Assembly (NCBI GenBank): GCA_964016885.1
Contig: OZ024740.1
Location: 78,864,001 to 78,928,000 of the forward strand
Direction: 5' to 3'
Length of the DNA stretch: 64,000 bases
Origin: Eledone cirrhosa
Lineage: Eukaryota
A program made the translations under genes and the position numbers. Under the pieces are notes generated by a model, which searched no databases, was not told the origin of the DNA, and was given only the letters and a program-made list of their open reading frames with translations. Below, one piece after another: positions 1-14,565 of this stretch. The number at the start of each line of letters is the position of its first letter. Position 1 is the stretch's first letter.

Positions 1-167
1 AGGCAAGCCTGGCCAGTTGGCTGTGTGGTACCTTCCTCAAATGGAACTGCATTTTAGCTGTTTCTTTTTACAGCTGTATGTCCTTCCTAACACCAACCAT
101 CTTTACAGTATGTAACTTGGTGATCCCGTTACGAGGAGGGTCTGGCCATTTGACTGCGCCATAATTT

Positions 168-440
168 TATCACCATCAACATCATTGTTTAACATCTATG
201 TTCCATGCTAGCATGGGTTAGACGATTTGTTCTGTTTGAAGCAAACTGGGTGAGGTGACCATATCTTACTCATACAGAACTAACTGTTTCTGGCTTCGTT
301 TCTATGACTGGATGCCCTTTCTAATGCCAACCACATTTACAGTGTATGCTGGGTGCTTTTTGTTGTGACACCTACACAACCACATTTACAGTGTCTTCTG
401 GGTGCTTTTTGTTGTGACATCTACATGACCACTTTACATT
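168..440 (-). mobile_element. RTE-LINE-related 3' end fragment with (GAT)n tail and ~40-bp tandem units
   Basis: catc...gtttaacatc...ccatgctagcatgggtt...ctggatgcccttt...ccaaccac is the reverse complement of the 3' UTR of the RTE copy at 25456-26958. Confidence 0.7.
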
Positions 441-2282
441 GTGCATGCATGTATGTTGAGATTGAAACTTCTTTGTTACACTCTTTCTGTCCTGATCATC
501 ATCATCATCATCCTTTTTACATTCACTTTTCCATGCTTGCATGGGTTGGAATGTGGGAGTTATGTTTGTCGTACTGTTAATATTTTGACACGGTTTTTCT
601 GGCTAGATGACCTTCCTATCACCAACCACCTTTCAGTGTAGACAGGGTGCAGTATTTGTGCCACTAGCACTAAAGAAGTTGTCTAAATGGACTCAAGAGC
701 CCTCTCATCCATGTGTTTTATTTGGAGTGTCTGCTCTCCTAGACAGGTTGCCTTCACTATGGTTTACAAGATCCACATCTACCCCTCTGACATAATTGCT
801 TTGCAGTTGCAAATCTTTGATTAAGCTGCAGAGAATGTAATGAAAATTTTAACACCACTAAATAGATAAAAATGTGAATATAGCAGATTTTGTGGGGTTT
901 TTTTGAATGGCTAAAACTAAATCAGTACATAAAACAAAACATCTAGCAGCATATTTTACAGCTCACTGTGCTACACATTGAAATCCCACTGTGACCAGCA
1001 TTTGTGGCAGGCTTAACTTGTCTAGTGTAACACCATCATCTGGCCCTTAAATACCTTTAGCAAGCACTTGGGCCAGGTCTCTAGTTTGAAAATACTTTTT
1101 TTGTTATTCCGACCAGTCTTGAAGGCCCTGACTAAACAGTAAAATATATCTTCAAGAGAGTCTTCAAATGTTATAGCAAAGAAGGGATTACTATTGAAGA
1201 AACAAGCAAAGGTTGCTGCAGTCAATTATCAGAGTGAGGATGATATCACACAACTAAGATCAGTTTCATAGATAACTTTCCCAGCAGAAATATTTCAGCA
1301 TTTGTCTAATGATAATGCAGTAAAAATTAGGACTTAAAATGCTAAATATTATTTTCAAATTATTATAGTATTTTTATTTTACTTCACATTTAATAGCGCT
1401 AATGCAAACAGTGATATTTGTTAATGCCCTGCATAAACAGAAATATCAGAGCTCAGCAAGGAATCATGCAAAAATCTATACCTTACTTAAAAAAACAACT
1501 GAGGATTGGTATTGTGAAAGACATCTAGATGTAGAATTCTGTCTCGAAATTTATATTAGCATGGAAAGATCATCAAAAACAATGATGATGATGATGATGA
1601 TGAAGGAGGTGATGATATGTCCAGAATTAATCTTTTGGATCCTGAACTTCTTATATCAGTTATGCTTTCTTTGACCTTAAATTTGTATACAAATGGCACA
1701 ACTCTGTTTAGCTCTTTCTCTAAATCCAATGTCTTGACTGTATCTGTTAACATCAACATCTTTTACCAGCCACCAATCTGGGAATATGGTAATATTCCAT
1801 GAAATTGACAACATATTTCTGTCTTATTCTGATCTCATCAGCAGAGCATAGGTTTTATAATACTTGCTGATGTAGGGATGAAAGAATTGCTAACATTAGT
1901 TTTAGGAGAATATAAATTCCAGTGTTTTTTATCATTTTCATCTCTGTGTGTCAGGATTATTTGTTAATTTTGCATTTTTACAAAAATTGTTAAAAATAAA
2001 CTAAAGTAGATATTTTAATCAATTTTGCTTTATTTACTTTGCCTAGTCTTGCGCTTCACAAACTAAACTAAAGCATGCCAGTATGTTTTAGTTAAGTTTG
2101 TGGCAAGTAAACGACATACCAGTACAGTTTGCTTCCCCAGAGAGTCAATGCCCTCACAAATACTAGAACATATTAAAGAATTATTGGTGTAAATTAGTTC
2201 TAATTCTAGTTAAAGATAATTAAATTGATTGTTTAATTTTTCTAAAGTATTATATTGTTAAAGTATTATGTTATTACTTTAA

Positions 2283-2502
2283 CCCTTTAGCATTTACATT
2301 ATTCTATATATACTTTTATATTTTCATGGTAAAGGCTTTACCTCGCATAATTATCTCACATAATATCGAATCTATGAGATTTTGAAAGTATTTATTTTGA
2401 GAACAATACCTTAACATCAGTTTGAGTGACCAGTTACAGCCAGTTTCAACAGAAAGAGGTAGAGAATTCTGGGCAGTTTTGGCCGGTTTGAACACTAAAG
2501 GG
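2283..2502. mobile_element. piggyBac-type MITE, family A
   Basis: TTAA|CCCTTTAGCATTT...AACACTAAAGGG|TTAA: TTAA duplication at 2279-2282 and 2503-2506 plus terminal inverted repeats. A homologous copy lies at 19347-19954. Confidence 0.85.
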
Positions 2503-3552
2503 TTAACAAAGTTAAACAAGCAACTGAATTAACCTTTTAATAAGAATTAGAACTAGTTCACCCCAATAATTCTTTAATTAAAGGGTGGATTAGCAGAATT
2601 TTTAGTGCATTGGACAAAATACCTACAGTCTTTGCATCTGTTTACATTCTGAGTTCAAATTTCACTTAGATAAATTTTATCGTTGATCTTTCTGGGGCAT
2701 TAAATAACTACTAGACAAGTCAATTTATTTCCTTGAATTTGACTGGAATTATTTCAGAAATTCAGATGTGTAGTATTGTTTAGAGATTGGAGACTGTATG
2801 GAATGAAGAAGTCCCTTTTAGTATGCCGTGGATGAGAGAACCTCCCTAGTTTTAATATCACAGTGGACTGCACCCAGTACACTTTGTAAAGTGGGTAGCA
2901 TTAAGGTCATCTAACCATAGACCAAGCCAAATATCAATGTATGAGAAAGACCTGGTTCTTTAATCAGTTTAATCTCTGTTTCAATTCATCCAACCCATGC
3001 TAACATTGCAAATGGATGTCAAATGATGATGATGATAGCATTTTAAAAGTAACATCTGTATCCAGTTTAGAATAGATACACTGCATTCCTGCATGTTGTA
3101 AGTATTGCAGAAGAAGCATCTGACTATAAAACATTGCCTAAAGAAGGATCCTGTGTCATAGGACCGGTAAAGCTAACCTCTGCTTTTGTGGGGAAAATGG
3201 TCTTAAAATTTGTTATTTGTTGTAGAAAACATATGGAAAGGAATGGGCACCTCCAGGTTTAAATTCCCAAGTATTATGTCAATGCTTCTACAACTTCATC
3301 AGGAGTTAGTCCATGGATGAATGGACATATATATGATGGGCTTCCACACAGTTTCTGTCTACCAAATTTCACTCTCAAAGCATTGGTCAACCTGAGGCTA
3401 TAGAAGCCACCCAAGGTGACACACTGTGGGACTGAACCTGAAACCATATGGGTGTGAAGCAAATTTCATAACCATACAGCCATGCCTATACAATGTGAAT
3501 TTCTAATGCTTACTTTAATTTAAGAAGTTCAAGACCATTTTATCAGTGCTAG

Positions 3553-3770
3553 ATTAACAGTATCTGTAGAGCGTTGGGCACCCTGCTTTGCGGCATTGAG
3601 TTACAGTCCTTTACATTCTGAGTTCAAATCCCGCCAGGGCTAGCTTTGTCTTTTATCCGTATGGGGGTCGATAAGATAAAGTACCAGTAATGCACTAGGG
3701 TCAATTTAATCAACTTTTCTCTTCCGCCAAAATTATTGGCCTTTTGCCTAAAATAGAAACCGTTATTATC
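3553..3770 (+). mobile_element. tRNA-derived SINE family 1, long variant
   Basis: B box GAGTTCAAATCC, core related to gcctttcatccttacggggtcgataaaataaagtaccag, and 3' tagaaac..ttattat tail. Confidence 0.85.
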
Positions 3771-5876
3771 AACATAAGTTAGTGAGCAGAAAAAAAAGAA
3801 AGAATGAAAATCACAATAAAATTTACTTGATATACGTGCATGTGACCTAGTGGTTAGGTTGTTGGATTTATGATGACAAGGTTGTGTATTCGATTCTGGG
3901 ACCGAGTGGGGCATTGTATTCTTGAGCAAGAAGCTTTATTTCACTATCCAATGCTTTGTAAGCAAATTGGGGGTAGATAGAAATTGTTGTGGAAGCACAC
4001 CATATATATATATGTGTGTATGTGTGTGTGTGTATCTCTGCATACATGTCTTCATGTTCACTCAGTTTAAGCTAGTGGAGCTGTTTGTTTATGTCCTGCA
4101 TGAAAAATATGTCCCACAATCTAACACTTTGACAAATATTAGTTGAAATAAGTTCTGGCTTACAAATACTAGGATTGATATAATCTACAATATCATATAC
4201 ATATAGCAGTGCCCCAGCATGACCAAGGTCCAGTGACTGACACCAATAAGAGAATAAGTGAACAAATAGAAATTAAGTTAGATATGATGTTTTTTTTGTT
4301 GTTTTTTTTTGTATTTCTCACATAAGACTACTTTTATTATCTTAATCATCATCATCACTGTTTTACATCCACGTTTCCATGCTTGCATGGGTTTGATAGG
4401 GTCTTTCCTGTGCTGCATTTCTCTAATCGTCTTGGTCCTTTGTTATCCCCTCTGTGAGATTCAGATTTGAAATCAACTCCGACAACTTCTGCCCTCTAGT
4501 GTAGTACCCTTCCACTGGGATTTCTTGGCACTTCTTCACCCAACACTCATCATCCATTCTTTTCCTGTTCTTTCAATGAACTTTGTAATTACTGGGTTGT
4601 TAGTGCAGAGGATGTGACTATTATCCTCCTTAAACATCATACAATTTGTTTTTTGTCAATGTTCTTTGTAAGCTTTACTTCTTATCAACTGCACTGTTTT
4701 CTAAATCTCTGCTGTACACTTTCTTGTTTCTAATTTTACATGTACACATTATAGCATATAAGCCGTATCTTTTACTTAATTGCTGTTGCGTTTTATTAAA
4801 GTTTTTGATCATTTAGTCATAACCTTATTTAATTTATTATGTTTCGGTTAGTGTTACACGATTGTTGATGTTTAAATCTAGGAAGTAGCAGCAGACAAAT
4901 CTGTCTCTCCCCTATCATCTGTCTGAAATTTTCTCTCATGGTTTGCACTAAAACATTAATGAAATAGGTTTGTTAAAAGTGTATTTCAAAACTTCTTGAA
5001 TTTTGTTGTTTTTTAAGCTTATTTTTTTTATGAAATACAATAAATGAAAATGATTTTTAAAAGAATTAAATGTAAATAATTTTGCTATCAGAACTTTGCA
5101 AATTAAAATCTTCACTGAACTATAATTATTGTTTTTTTGATTAAATTAATGAGGCAGTGAATTGGCAGAGTCATTAGGGTGTCCAATAAAATGCTTTTTG
5201 GTATTCATTTGAGATCTCTGCACACTGAATTGAAATCTCAACTTTGCCATTCAACTTTTCGGGGTTGATAAATAAAGTGCCAATCTAGTATTGGGTAGTT
5301 TTTTCTTCTCTCTCACTCTCTCTCAGAGAAATTAGCTGTGGTGAATCCTGGAGAGGGATGAACTTCACTAGGTTTAAATGCCCAAGCCCCTATGACTCTG
5401 TCAAAAGTTAAGAGATCATTGATGATGAGGATGACGACAAATTATATTAATAGCCAAATGTACATCAAAGACTAATATTTGCTTTTAAGTAGTTGATTGT
5501 CTACATTTCACCACATTGTAATTTAAGTTTACAATTGATATTCTAATATAAAGTCCTCTCATGAGACTAATTAAATATGCAATGTTAGGAAAAATCATAA
5601 TGACTTACATAATGGATTTAGTAGGATACTTTTACTGCAGGTCAATAAAGTTCATTAAATGAAATAAATTGTGTGTGCTATGAAGAGAAAAAGATTGTAC
5701 AATTTTGGGTGGAGTCTTTTTTCTTCTCTGATAAAAGGCCCTTCCCAAAATTTTAGTAGTATCTTCTTTTCACAACAAACAAATTTGTTTCCATTTTGTA
5801 AAACTTTATTGAATGAATTTCTACCAACACAACTCATCAACTAGTTTCCTTGCACTTTACTATTTTGTGTCATATA

Positions 5877-6165
5877 CAGTGTAACCTCAGTTTACGAATG
5901 CCTCGCATCACAAACAAAGCTGTTGACGAGCACTTTTTTCTGAACATAAAACATCTTGGTTCATGAGCAGTGTCTCAAGTAATGAACATGTGACCAGGCA
6001 ACAACGGTTGGTGACAAGCTGGGAGTATTGGCAGGAAAGCATCACTTGCTGTGTAGTTAGTTACTATGGTGATATCTATCTGTCTTTCATACAGTCTCTC
6101 TCTCACTGTATTGCTCTCTCAACATTTCGTATGGGAAAATAGTTTAGGTTTACAAACATTTCGGG
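5877..6165. mobile_element. Tigger/pogo-like DNA transposon end
   Basis: TA|CAGTGTAACCTCAGTTTACGAA terminus with repeated ttac(g/a)aa subterminal motifs. The opposite end was not found. Confidence 0.45.
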
Positions 6166-6345
6166 TCCTTATTCATCATCATCATCATTTTACATTCACC
6201 TTTCTATGTTGCTTGGGTAGGATAAGATTTTTTTGAAGCAGTATCCTACAGTTGGATGCCATTTTGGATATCAGATGACTATGTCTTGCTCATACAGAAC
6301 TGTTTCTGGTTTGGTTTCTATGGCTGGATGCCCTTTCTAATACCA

Positions 6346-6760
6346 ACCACATTTACAGTGTGGACTGGGTGCTTTTTTTTATCATCGTACCAACATGACC
6401 ACTTTACAGTGTGGACTGAGCATTTTTTTGTCATGTCACCAGCACATCCACTTTACAGTGTGGACTGGGTTCTTTTTGTTGTTGCACCAAAATGGCCACT
6501 TTACAGTATGGATTAGACACTTTTTGTTGTGTCACCAACATGATCACTCTACAGGGTGGACTGCATGTTCTTTGTCATGTCACCAACCAACAACCACCTT
6601 ATCGGGTAGACTGGGTGCTCTTTATTGTGTCACCAACCTGACCATGCCACAGGGTGGTCCAGGCAGCCCAAGCACTTCTTTTCATGCCACCAACATGGTG
6701 GATTAGAGACTTTTGTTGTGTCACCAGTATGACCACCTTACAGGGTTGACTGAGAGATTT
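6346..6760. repeat. Minisatellite of about ten ~39-40-bp units within an RTE-type 3' UTR
   Basis: Repeated ccactttacagtgtggactgggtgcttttt...tcaccaaca units. The same unit occurs at 330-440, 7560-7720, 26700-26815, 37575-37850 and 56225-56335. Confidence 0.85.
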
Positions 6761-7422
6761 TAGCCATTTCAGCAGCATTTTAGAAAAGCATGTTCAGCTT
6801 TCCATGCTTGTATGCATGGGCTGGTCAAGAGAGGTTCATCACATGTGGGGGTAGGGGTGCATGTATGTAGTGTGGGGATTGGAGAGGCAGTTCTAGGGTG
6901 GGGTACGTAGCTGGTTAAAGAGGGAGTGTTCAAATGTGGGTGTATGGAAGGGGGATGGGGAGAAGTGGTGCCTATTAGAGAACATTAGATGTTTGCTTCA
7001 TCCTGTGCACATGTGAAGCAGGTTTTCTATAATACTACATAGTGCCAGAGATCTCAAGAGGTGCAATTATGTGAGGTCAGTTTTTATCACCTCATCTGAA
7101 GAGTCATTAGGTTGTTGGATAGAATGCTTTGTGGTGTTCGTTTTGGCTCTCTTAGTTCAAATGCTGCCAAGGTCAAACTTGCCTTTCATCCATTTGAAGT
7201 TGATAAAAAAGTACCAGTCCAGTATTCGATTCTTCCTCTATATCTCTTTCTCACTTCCATTGTCTCACTATCTATCCTTCTCTGGAAAAAATCTTCTGTA
7301 TTCAGAAATAGAGAGGAGATGGGTTCCATTAGGTTTTAAAAATGTCCTAGAAATGCTGTATGTCAATATGGCACCCCTACAACTCCATCAGGAGTTACAG
7401 AACCATGCATATATATATATAA

Positions 7423-8759
7423 TCATTTAACGTCTATATTCCATACTAGCATGGGTTACACGTGTTATCCCATTTGAGGCAAATCAGGTCAGGTGACCAT
7501 GTCTCATACAGAACTGTTTCTGGCTTGGTTTATACACTTGGATACCCATCTTAACACCTACCACATTTACAGTGTGGGTTGGGTGTTTTTTGTCGTGACA
7601 CCTACTCGTCTACTTTACAGCATAGGCTGGGTGCTTTTTGTCGTGACACCTACACAATGACTCTACTGTGTGGGCTGGGTGCTTTTTGTTGTGACACCTA
7701 CACAAACACTTTACAGTGGGGCAAGGGTGTAAAGGCATGGGTGACATGTGGTATGATCAGATAGGGATGTGGTGTTAGGGTATGGGAGCTGTATGGAAGG
7801 GGATGGATGATAGTGGTTAAGATGTGCATACTAGATGTATGCTTCAGTCTGTGCACATGGGAAGGTGGATCTTCTGTATTACTGCATAATGCCAAAGATC
7901 TTAATCCTCTGTCATTGTCTTTGAGAGGTGTAATTGTGCAAGGTCATCTTTTATCACTTCATCACAGATCTTCCTAGGTCTTCCTACACTAAAGCTTCCA
8001 TCAACTTTGTTCGCCTTGTGCCTTTTTATTCAGCTGTCATTCTTCATACGCATCACATGGCCATACTGATGCAATCTCCTCTCTTGCACACTGCATCTGA
8101 TCCCTCTTATGCCCAATTTCTCTCTTAGTTCATTTACACTCTTCTGTTCATATATATTACTATTACACATCCATTGGAACATGTAGGCTTCATTTCTTTC
8201 CAATCTTTGCAGGTTCTTTGCATACAGAGCCCAGGTCTCACTATCACACAACATTGCTGTTCGTATATATGAATCATATAATCTGCCCTTCATTTTGAGG
8301 GGAAAACCTTTTATAGCTAGCAGTGGTTGTAGCTCCCTGAACTTTCACCATCTTGTTCTTACTCTGGCTACTGTACTTTTGGAACTCCCTCCTCCACTAT
8401 TTATTTGTCACTCAGGTAACAGAAATTGCCAACTATTTCTACAGAGCCATTTGAGCATTTGAAGGAGCTAGGATCCTGTGGGCTCTTGCTACTTCACCTG
8501 TGCATCAGCTGCATATAAAACCTACATTCTTTGATAGCCTACCTGTGATCCCACTACATTTTTTGTGTACCCATAACTTGCATTTGGGATATAGGATAGA
8601 ATTTCTACCTATTCCTTTCCTGCACACTGAGCAAGGCCATTTCCCGAGGGAATTTGGGCCTTGTTTTCCTTTCTACAACTAGCACTTTAGTCCTTGACAA
8701 GTTAACTTTAAGACCTTTTGATTCAAGGCCATGCTTCCAGATCTGGAATTTCTTCTCTA
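7423..8759 (-). mobile_element. 5'-truncated RTE-clade LINE: decayed RT C-terminus, PHD insert and 3' UTR
   Basis: ORFs 8605-8805 (LEKKFQIWKHGLESKGLKVNLSRTKVL) and 8030-8293 (KGRLYDSYIRTAMLCDSETW...ERRLHQYGHVMRM) are colinear with the ORF at 25662-26411. Frameshifted. Confidence 0.92.
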
Positions 8760-8819
8760 ATATATATATATATATACACACATACATATATACGAACATG
8801 CACATACACGCATATATTT

Positions 8820-9299
8820 CACACAGGACAAAAGAAAAAGTAATGGGAAAACAGACATTTCACCTCTTGAGTCAACCTCTGGAAATCATTACAGTTTTTT
8901 TATTCATTAAGGTTGATACTATTCATTCCAGTGCACACTGGGACAAAACAAAACAGGTAGAGATGAAGACGGGACAAGTTACACCTTTCGGTGAATTACT
9001 CAAATAAAGACAGAAAAAGAAAAATTGCAAAAGCGATTCTTTCCTATTTTTCTATTTCTCTCCTTTCTATATATATATAAAGTTTTCATTCGTTTTCCTT
9101 TTCTTTTCAGTTGACACACTTTAGTTTGTAGCAATTTTTCTTTTTTGTCTTTGTGTAATTCACGAAAAAGTATAATTTGTCCTGTCTTTGTCCCTACCTG
9201 TTTTGTTGCATCCCAATGTGCACTGGAAAAAACTAGTAATTTCCAGAAGTTGACTGAGGAGATAGGATTGTCTATTTTTCCGTTGTCTTTGACCTGTGT
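8820..9299. repeat. Diverged long inverted repeat (fold-back element)
   Basis: Arms at ~8820-9029 and ~9131-9299. Opposite-strand ORFs read SSAHWDKTKQVEMKTGQ and SSAHWDATKQVGTKTGQ. Confidence 0.85.
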
Positions 9300-9507
9300 G
9301 CCCCCTGTTTTGAAATTCATATTCATATATATACTATGTTAAGTTATCAATACATATTTAATATGTATGATGATCATATTTCTCAATAAATAAGCTCAAT
9401 GGACCTTGGTTCAATTATTTAAATTTAAAAGAATTATCTAGAGAAAAAGAAGCATATATCATTTGAGAAACACATAGCATTTTGTACAAATATATAGAGC
9501 AAATAAT

Positions 9508-9692
9508 TGTTTCTACTTTTGGCACATGGCCAGCAATTACCCAGTACATTACTGGTACTTTATTTTATCGACCCCGTAAGGATGAAAGGCAAAGTCAACC
9601 TCGGCGGGATTTGAACTCAGATCGTAAAGGGACGTAACTATGCTGGAAAGCATGGCGTCCGACCCTCTACCGATACTGCCAATCTACCGCCC
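9508..9692 (-). mobile_element. Full-length SINE family 1 with 18-bp target-site duplication
   Basis: A box (TGGCAGTATCGG) and B box lie on the minus strand. TSD atatatagagcaaataat at 9490-9507 and 9697-9714. Confidence 0.93.
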
Positions 9693-11489
9693 TTATATAT
9701 ATAGAGCAAATAATATTCAGCAATTAATATATATATATAAAACAGTAGACCCACACCAGTCTACTGTGAAAGGCTTTCAAGTTAAACAGCTATCTGTTGT
9801 ATAATTTAACAGTTTTATATACATAATGTCAGTCATGGCGAGATCAGTAAGTAACAGTAGCTTAGTTTTACTGTATAGTGGAACTTATTCAACAAAATGT
9901 AAACCATTTGTGAGTGAGTTATCTCTAAAGATAATATATTTTCTCGTAAAACAGATTTACTTTTCTTCATGTCTGTCTTACAACTTTACCAGTTGAGTAT
10001 CACAACCGTTATCCTCAATCTAATGTCTGTAATTAAAATGTATTTCTTTTAGTTTGTTTTCTTCTATGTAACATTAGTGATAGCCAGCTATCATGTGAAA
10101 TTTAATCTTTTCTTTAGAAGCTTCTAAATGACTCTTATAACATAATGTATCACAAGCCATTTTACTCAATCACTATGAAGAAAACAGATATATTTTCAGC
10201 AACTGGTGATATTCTGTCAATATATAATTTAGGGGTAAGTGTTGCTAATGTTATTGTTAGTTATCTTAACTAGCTATCCATTGTTCACTGAATGTGACTT
10301 TAAAATAAACATTTTAGCCCTTTCATTACTACAGTTCAAATGAAAGATATTGCTTATAATTCTCAAATTATTTTGAAAATAATCAAGAATTTGAAAGGAT
10401 TTAGTAATATAATTTACTTTCTCATTATTAAGCTGATATTTGGAATACATCTTAACAAAGGTCCTTAAATGAAATTATGGTGGAAGAGTAAAAGATTGCC
10501 TTTGGTCATGAATGACCATGGGATTTGAACCTAGAAAGTTCAACTCCCAGACACAAGTCCGGGCAAGGTTTGTGGAAGGCCAACAATTGCCCATGATACC
10601 ATGCATATACTCTCCATGTCACCAATGTTATCCAAGGGAAAGGCAAAGGCTGATATAGCTTGGCATCAGTGACATCGCAACTCATTTCTAGAGCTGAGTG
10701 AACTGGAGCAACATGAAATAAAGTGTTTTGCTCAAGAACACAACACAAAGACCAGTCCGAGAATTGAACTCACAACCTCACGATTAAGTAACAACATAAT
10801 AAGTATAATCACTGAACAGAATGTTGGAAAGATAAATAGTATATGTGAGTTTGTTATGATAAACTTACATTATAGGCTCTATACAAAATTTGGGTGAATA
10901 AATTTCATGCCTTATCAATTGCTGAATAAATTTTAATACAACTATATCATGAATGACAATCTATACCTCATTTCCTGCGAGAAAAAACTTTTTATTGGTA
11001 GGTTTCCTTTACAATATTGTATAATCCCTTGAGTAATTAACTCTACTGTTATATATCAGTAAAAATATTTATACCAATACCCTAGACATAACTTAGATAA
11101 ACTCCAAAAGTGAATAGAAATAACAACTAAATATCCCTTAAATCCCACCCTATTGTCTTAAAAAAGGACTAGATTTAGTATACATGTAGGTAATTTTAAA
11201 TGCAGTGCTTGGTGTGATGGTTGTAGTTGTTGACTCCTAGATCAACCCTTATTGAGTCACATATCAAATCTGTCCTTGAATTTTTAAGATGATTGGGTGT
11301 AACTTAAAAGAGATTTGGCTGTTGTTTTTAACACCTTGTTGGTGCCATGTCTGATTGCAGTAAGAAGCAGAAATGAATTGATCAGATTGATCACGACAGG
11401 GAAATAGGATATTTTTGAAGTAATCAGAAACAGAACAATGGAAGTATTGTACTGGCATGGAAGAGGGTATATATATATATATATATCAT

Positions 11490-11820
11490 CATTCATCATT
11501 TCATTTTACGTCCGCTTTTTCCCTGCTTGCAAGGGTGGGACGAGAACTGACTCTGGCTTGATTTCTACAGCTGGATGCCCTTCCTAATGCCAACCTCATT
11601 TACAGTGAGTGCTGGGTGCTTTTTTACCGTGGCACCTCCACGACCACTTTGCAGTGGAATGATATGTACCCCAGTCCCTATCATTTCATTTCTACAGCTG
11701 AGTAAACTGGAGCAATGTGAAATAAAGTGTCTTGCTCAAGGAAACAACACATCACCCGGTCTGAGAATTGAACTCACAACCTTTCGATTGCAAGGCCAAT
11801 GCTCTAACCACTAAGCCATG
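11490..11820 (-). mobile_element. Young SINE family 2: tRNA head, CORE-like domain and RTE-derived tail
   Basis: Minus strand reads ggcttagtggttagagc...gagttcaattc, then ccttgagcaagacactt...cagctgtagaaatg (CORE-like), then an RTE 3' end. Near-identical to 19364-19750. Confidence 0.88.
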
Positions 11821-14339
11821 TATATATATTTTTTTTTTTTTTTCGTGGAATACCACGACCGTACCTGTTACGTAAGTTGGATATTTGATTTCGGATTCAT
11901 AGAAACACTTTAAATGTTTATCGTTTGATTTGTCTAGGTGTATCTTTTTAACCTGTTAGTTTTTTCGTTACTTTGGCATTGTGTGTTAGGTTTTGCCTAC
12001 CACAATGTTCAATTTGTCAAGCTATTTAAACATATGTTATTACTCTAAGGGCCTACCCTTATTGAGTGCTTTGCTAACTCATTCATATTGTAGGTCGACT
12101 TTGCTTGCCCACGGCCAAAGCTTCGATTTGACTAAGCTTCCACTTGTATATATATATATATATATATATATTGTATACACTCTACTAATGTATTGAGTAC
12201 CTTACTTACTGTGATTACCCCCGATTGAACCTGGGACTCACACACACACACATATATATATTTGTTTTTACTGTTTAGTCAAGGAAGGAGGGAAAGTGTC
12301 CATAACCTTGTCCAGGGCCTCTGAGACTGGTGGATGGGATAGAAGTTACAATGTATTCTCAACCAGGGGAACTGCTCCAAGTGCTTGCAATAAAATGGAC
12401 TCTGCTGAAAGCAGCCAATGGGTTGGTGATGGTATTAAACTAGGTGATGGATTATGTCTACACACAAGTAGGCCATAGCATGATCTGAAATCAGAATGTA
12501 AAAGCCAGAACTAAAATACTATGTGGCATTTCATCCAATGCTCTAACTATTCAACTGTTTTGAACTGGTATATATATATTGGCTGGAATGATATATAGAA
12601 TTTTCCACATAATGTCCACAGTGTGGTGGTGAAAGAATTGTTGAGGGCTCTGTTGTAAATGCTTCTTTCTTGGCTTCTTCACATAGCTGATTCTGTGAGA
12701 GAGGGCTGGAGTGGGGAAGAAATGAGGCCCAGTGCTGGACTGGTAGTACATTTATCAGCTGTGAAAGAATGAAAAGCAAAGCTGGCCTCAGTTGGATTTG
12801 AGCTCAGAGCACAGAAAGTCAGAGTAAATACTGCAAAATATTCTATCTGATACACTAACAACTCTGCCAATTTGCCACCGAGTGAATAAATGAAGGGACA
12901 ATATTGCTGGCAGTGATTGTTGTCCACATAAGTCAATTATTACACAGAGGGATTAACATATGAGCAAAGGAACCAATTTATCAAAGTTCCGAAGATAAAG
13001 GAAAACATAATGCAATAGTAGGCATGGAGAAAAAGTTTGATTGCATATACTAAAGATCTGAAGTTCATTTGTCCTGCTAAAATAACTTTGAAAATCATGT
13101 TTATTTATTCTTTTGTTGCCGGAGATTATATTATTGAAGAGAAAATGTTCTAAGAATAGCTGAATCAGGAAAGAATTAAAGAATTATGAAGGGAAGGCAA
13201 TGTTTGAGTGTCTTGAGAGCTAATTTCTTAGGAGAATATATTCTATTTGTTTGATACGTGACTAAATAGTTGAACATATGAAAAAGAGGGGACTCTCTTT
13301 AGCAGTGAGATATTCATGTGTTTATTGAATTAGAAAAGCGAGATATATTATACGACATGATAGCCATGCATTAAATTTAGGTCAATTTATAATGCACCAG
13401 ATGTTACGTTATTATTGTTTCTCTGCTGTTTAGTGAAAATGTCTTAACAATAGCTTCTCAGTCACTGGATTTTCCAGATTTTCTAATTTTTAGCAACCAA
13501 CTGAAGCAGTGAATCTGCATCTCTGAAACTGTTACTTGTATCTTTTGTTGTATAATTAACTATGTCCTGTCTGTTAGCTATTCTACTGTGAAATTAAGTC
13601 TGTTTTCTACATCAATATTTTGTTCGCTTTCAGATCAATTCATTACCTCTCAGCAGGCTGAAAAACAAATGCATGAACACTATTGTTGAAGACATTTTTA
13701 AGGATATATTTTAATGAGGCTAATGGCTATAAAAATATTTAGCTTTATCTAAATTTCAACATTATAGCTCTGTTATCTCTCTCTTTACTTAAGAATGTTG
13801 ATACCAAAGGTGCCAAAGATATAATGTGTTATTTGAACCTGTAACTTACACATATGATACTTATAGTTCTTTTGTTTTTAGAGACAAACTTTGACTTTCT
13901 TCTGCTTAGTTTTGGCATATTAATTGTTGTTGTATCTAGTCAAGCTACGCCAGGTGAGTTTACTGAGGCAAGGTGTATCTGTTTATATTTCCATCTAGTG
14001 GGCATGTGTGTAACAACTTAATGTAATTCTTGTGTATTCTTTGTAATCAAGGCTACCTTACCTGCCTTGTGAAAATAGTAAATAGCTTTGAGAGTTCTCT
14101 GGCAATGAATTTAATGAAAAAAACTTATGGATAAGAAAGCTTTGTTGCTAATCAAAATACTTCAACTGCCTTGCTATTAAGTTAATACAGAAGAAATATG
14201 AAATACAAATTTTGTGTTGTTCTGAAAGGTAAATAATACGGAATACTAGTACATTTTATTCTGGTAGATTTGCTTTGTAAAAATGAGAAATAAAAATATC
14301 TGAAAATAAATGTAGCAGAGAAATATTCCTTATATTTAA

Positions 14340-14565
14340 CCCTTTTGTTACCATATTTCTGATAAAATACAGTGTTTTTTGAAATAATCAATGAAGAATT
14401 TGGTGTGATTTCCAATCATTATTTCAATTATTTAGATGATATCTGTAACATAACAAAAAAAAAGTTCTTATATAAAATTATGTTGAAAGATATTAAAGTA
14501 GAAACACTTTAAATGTTTGTGCCATAGAACTAGAGGTGGTTTTGGTCAAGTTGATATTGAGATGG
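14340..14565. mobile_element. piggyBac-type MITE, family B (old, multicopy)
   Basis: TTAA|CCCTTTTGTTACC...GATGG|TTAA. Related copies at ~16970-17201, 28547-28790, 36630-36860, 39590-39750, 48098-48335, 51983-52233, 54505-54917 and 58250-58460. Confidence 0.75.

Noticed and set aside
1496-1545. CTGAGGA...GAAA followed by the palindrome acatctagatgt
   Set aside because: Stems I and II do not pair, so it is most likely chance.
6346-6760. CRISPR-like periodic array
   Set aside because: The units are degenerate tandem repeats without unique spacers, lie in a LINE 3' UTR in eukaryotic context, and have no cas genes nearby.
13634-13713. Possible exon after a polypyrimidine tract ending tttcag
   Set aside because: Reading frames close quickly, there is no clear donor and no homology is recognisable.
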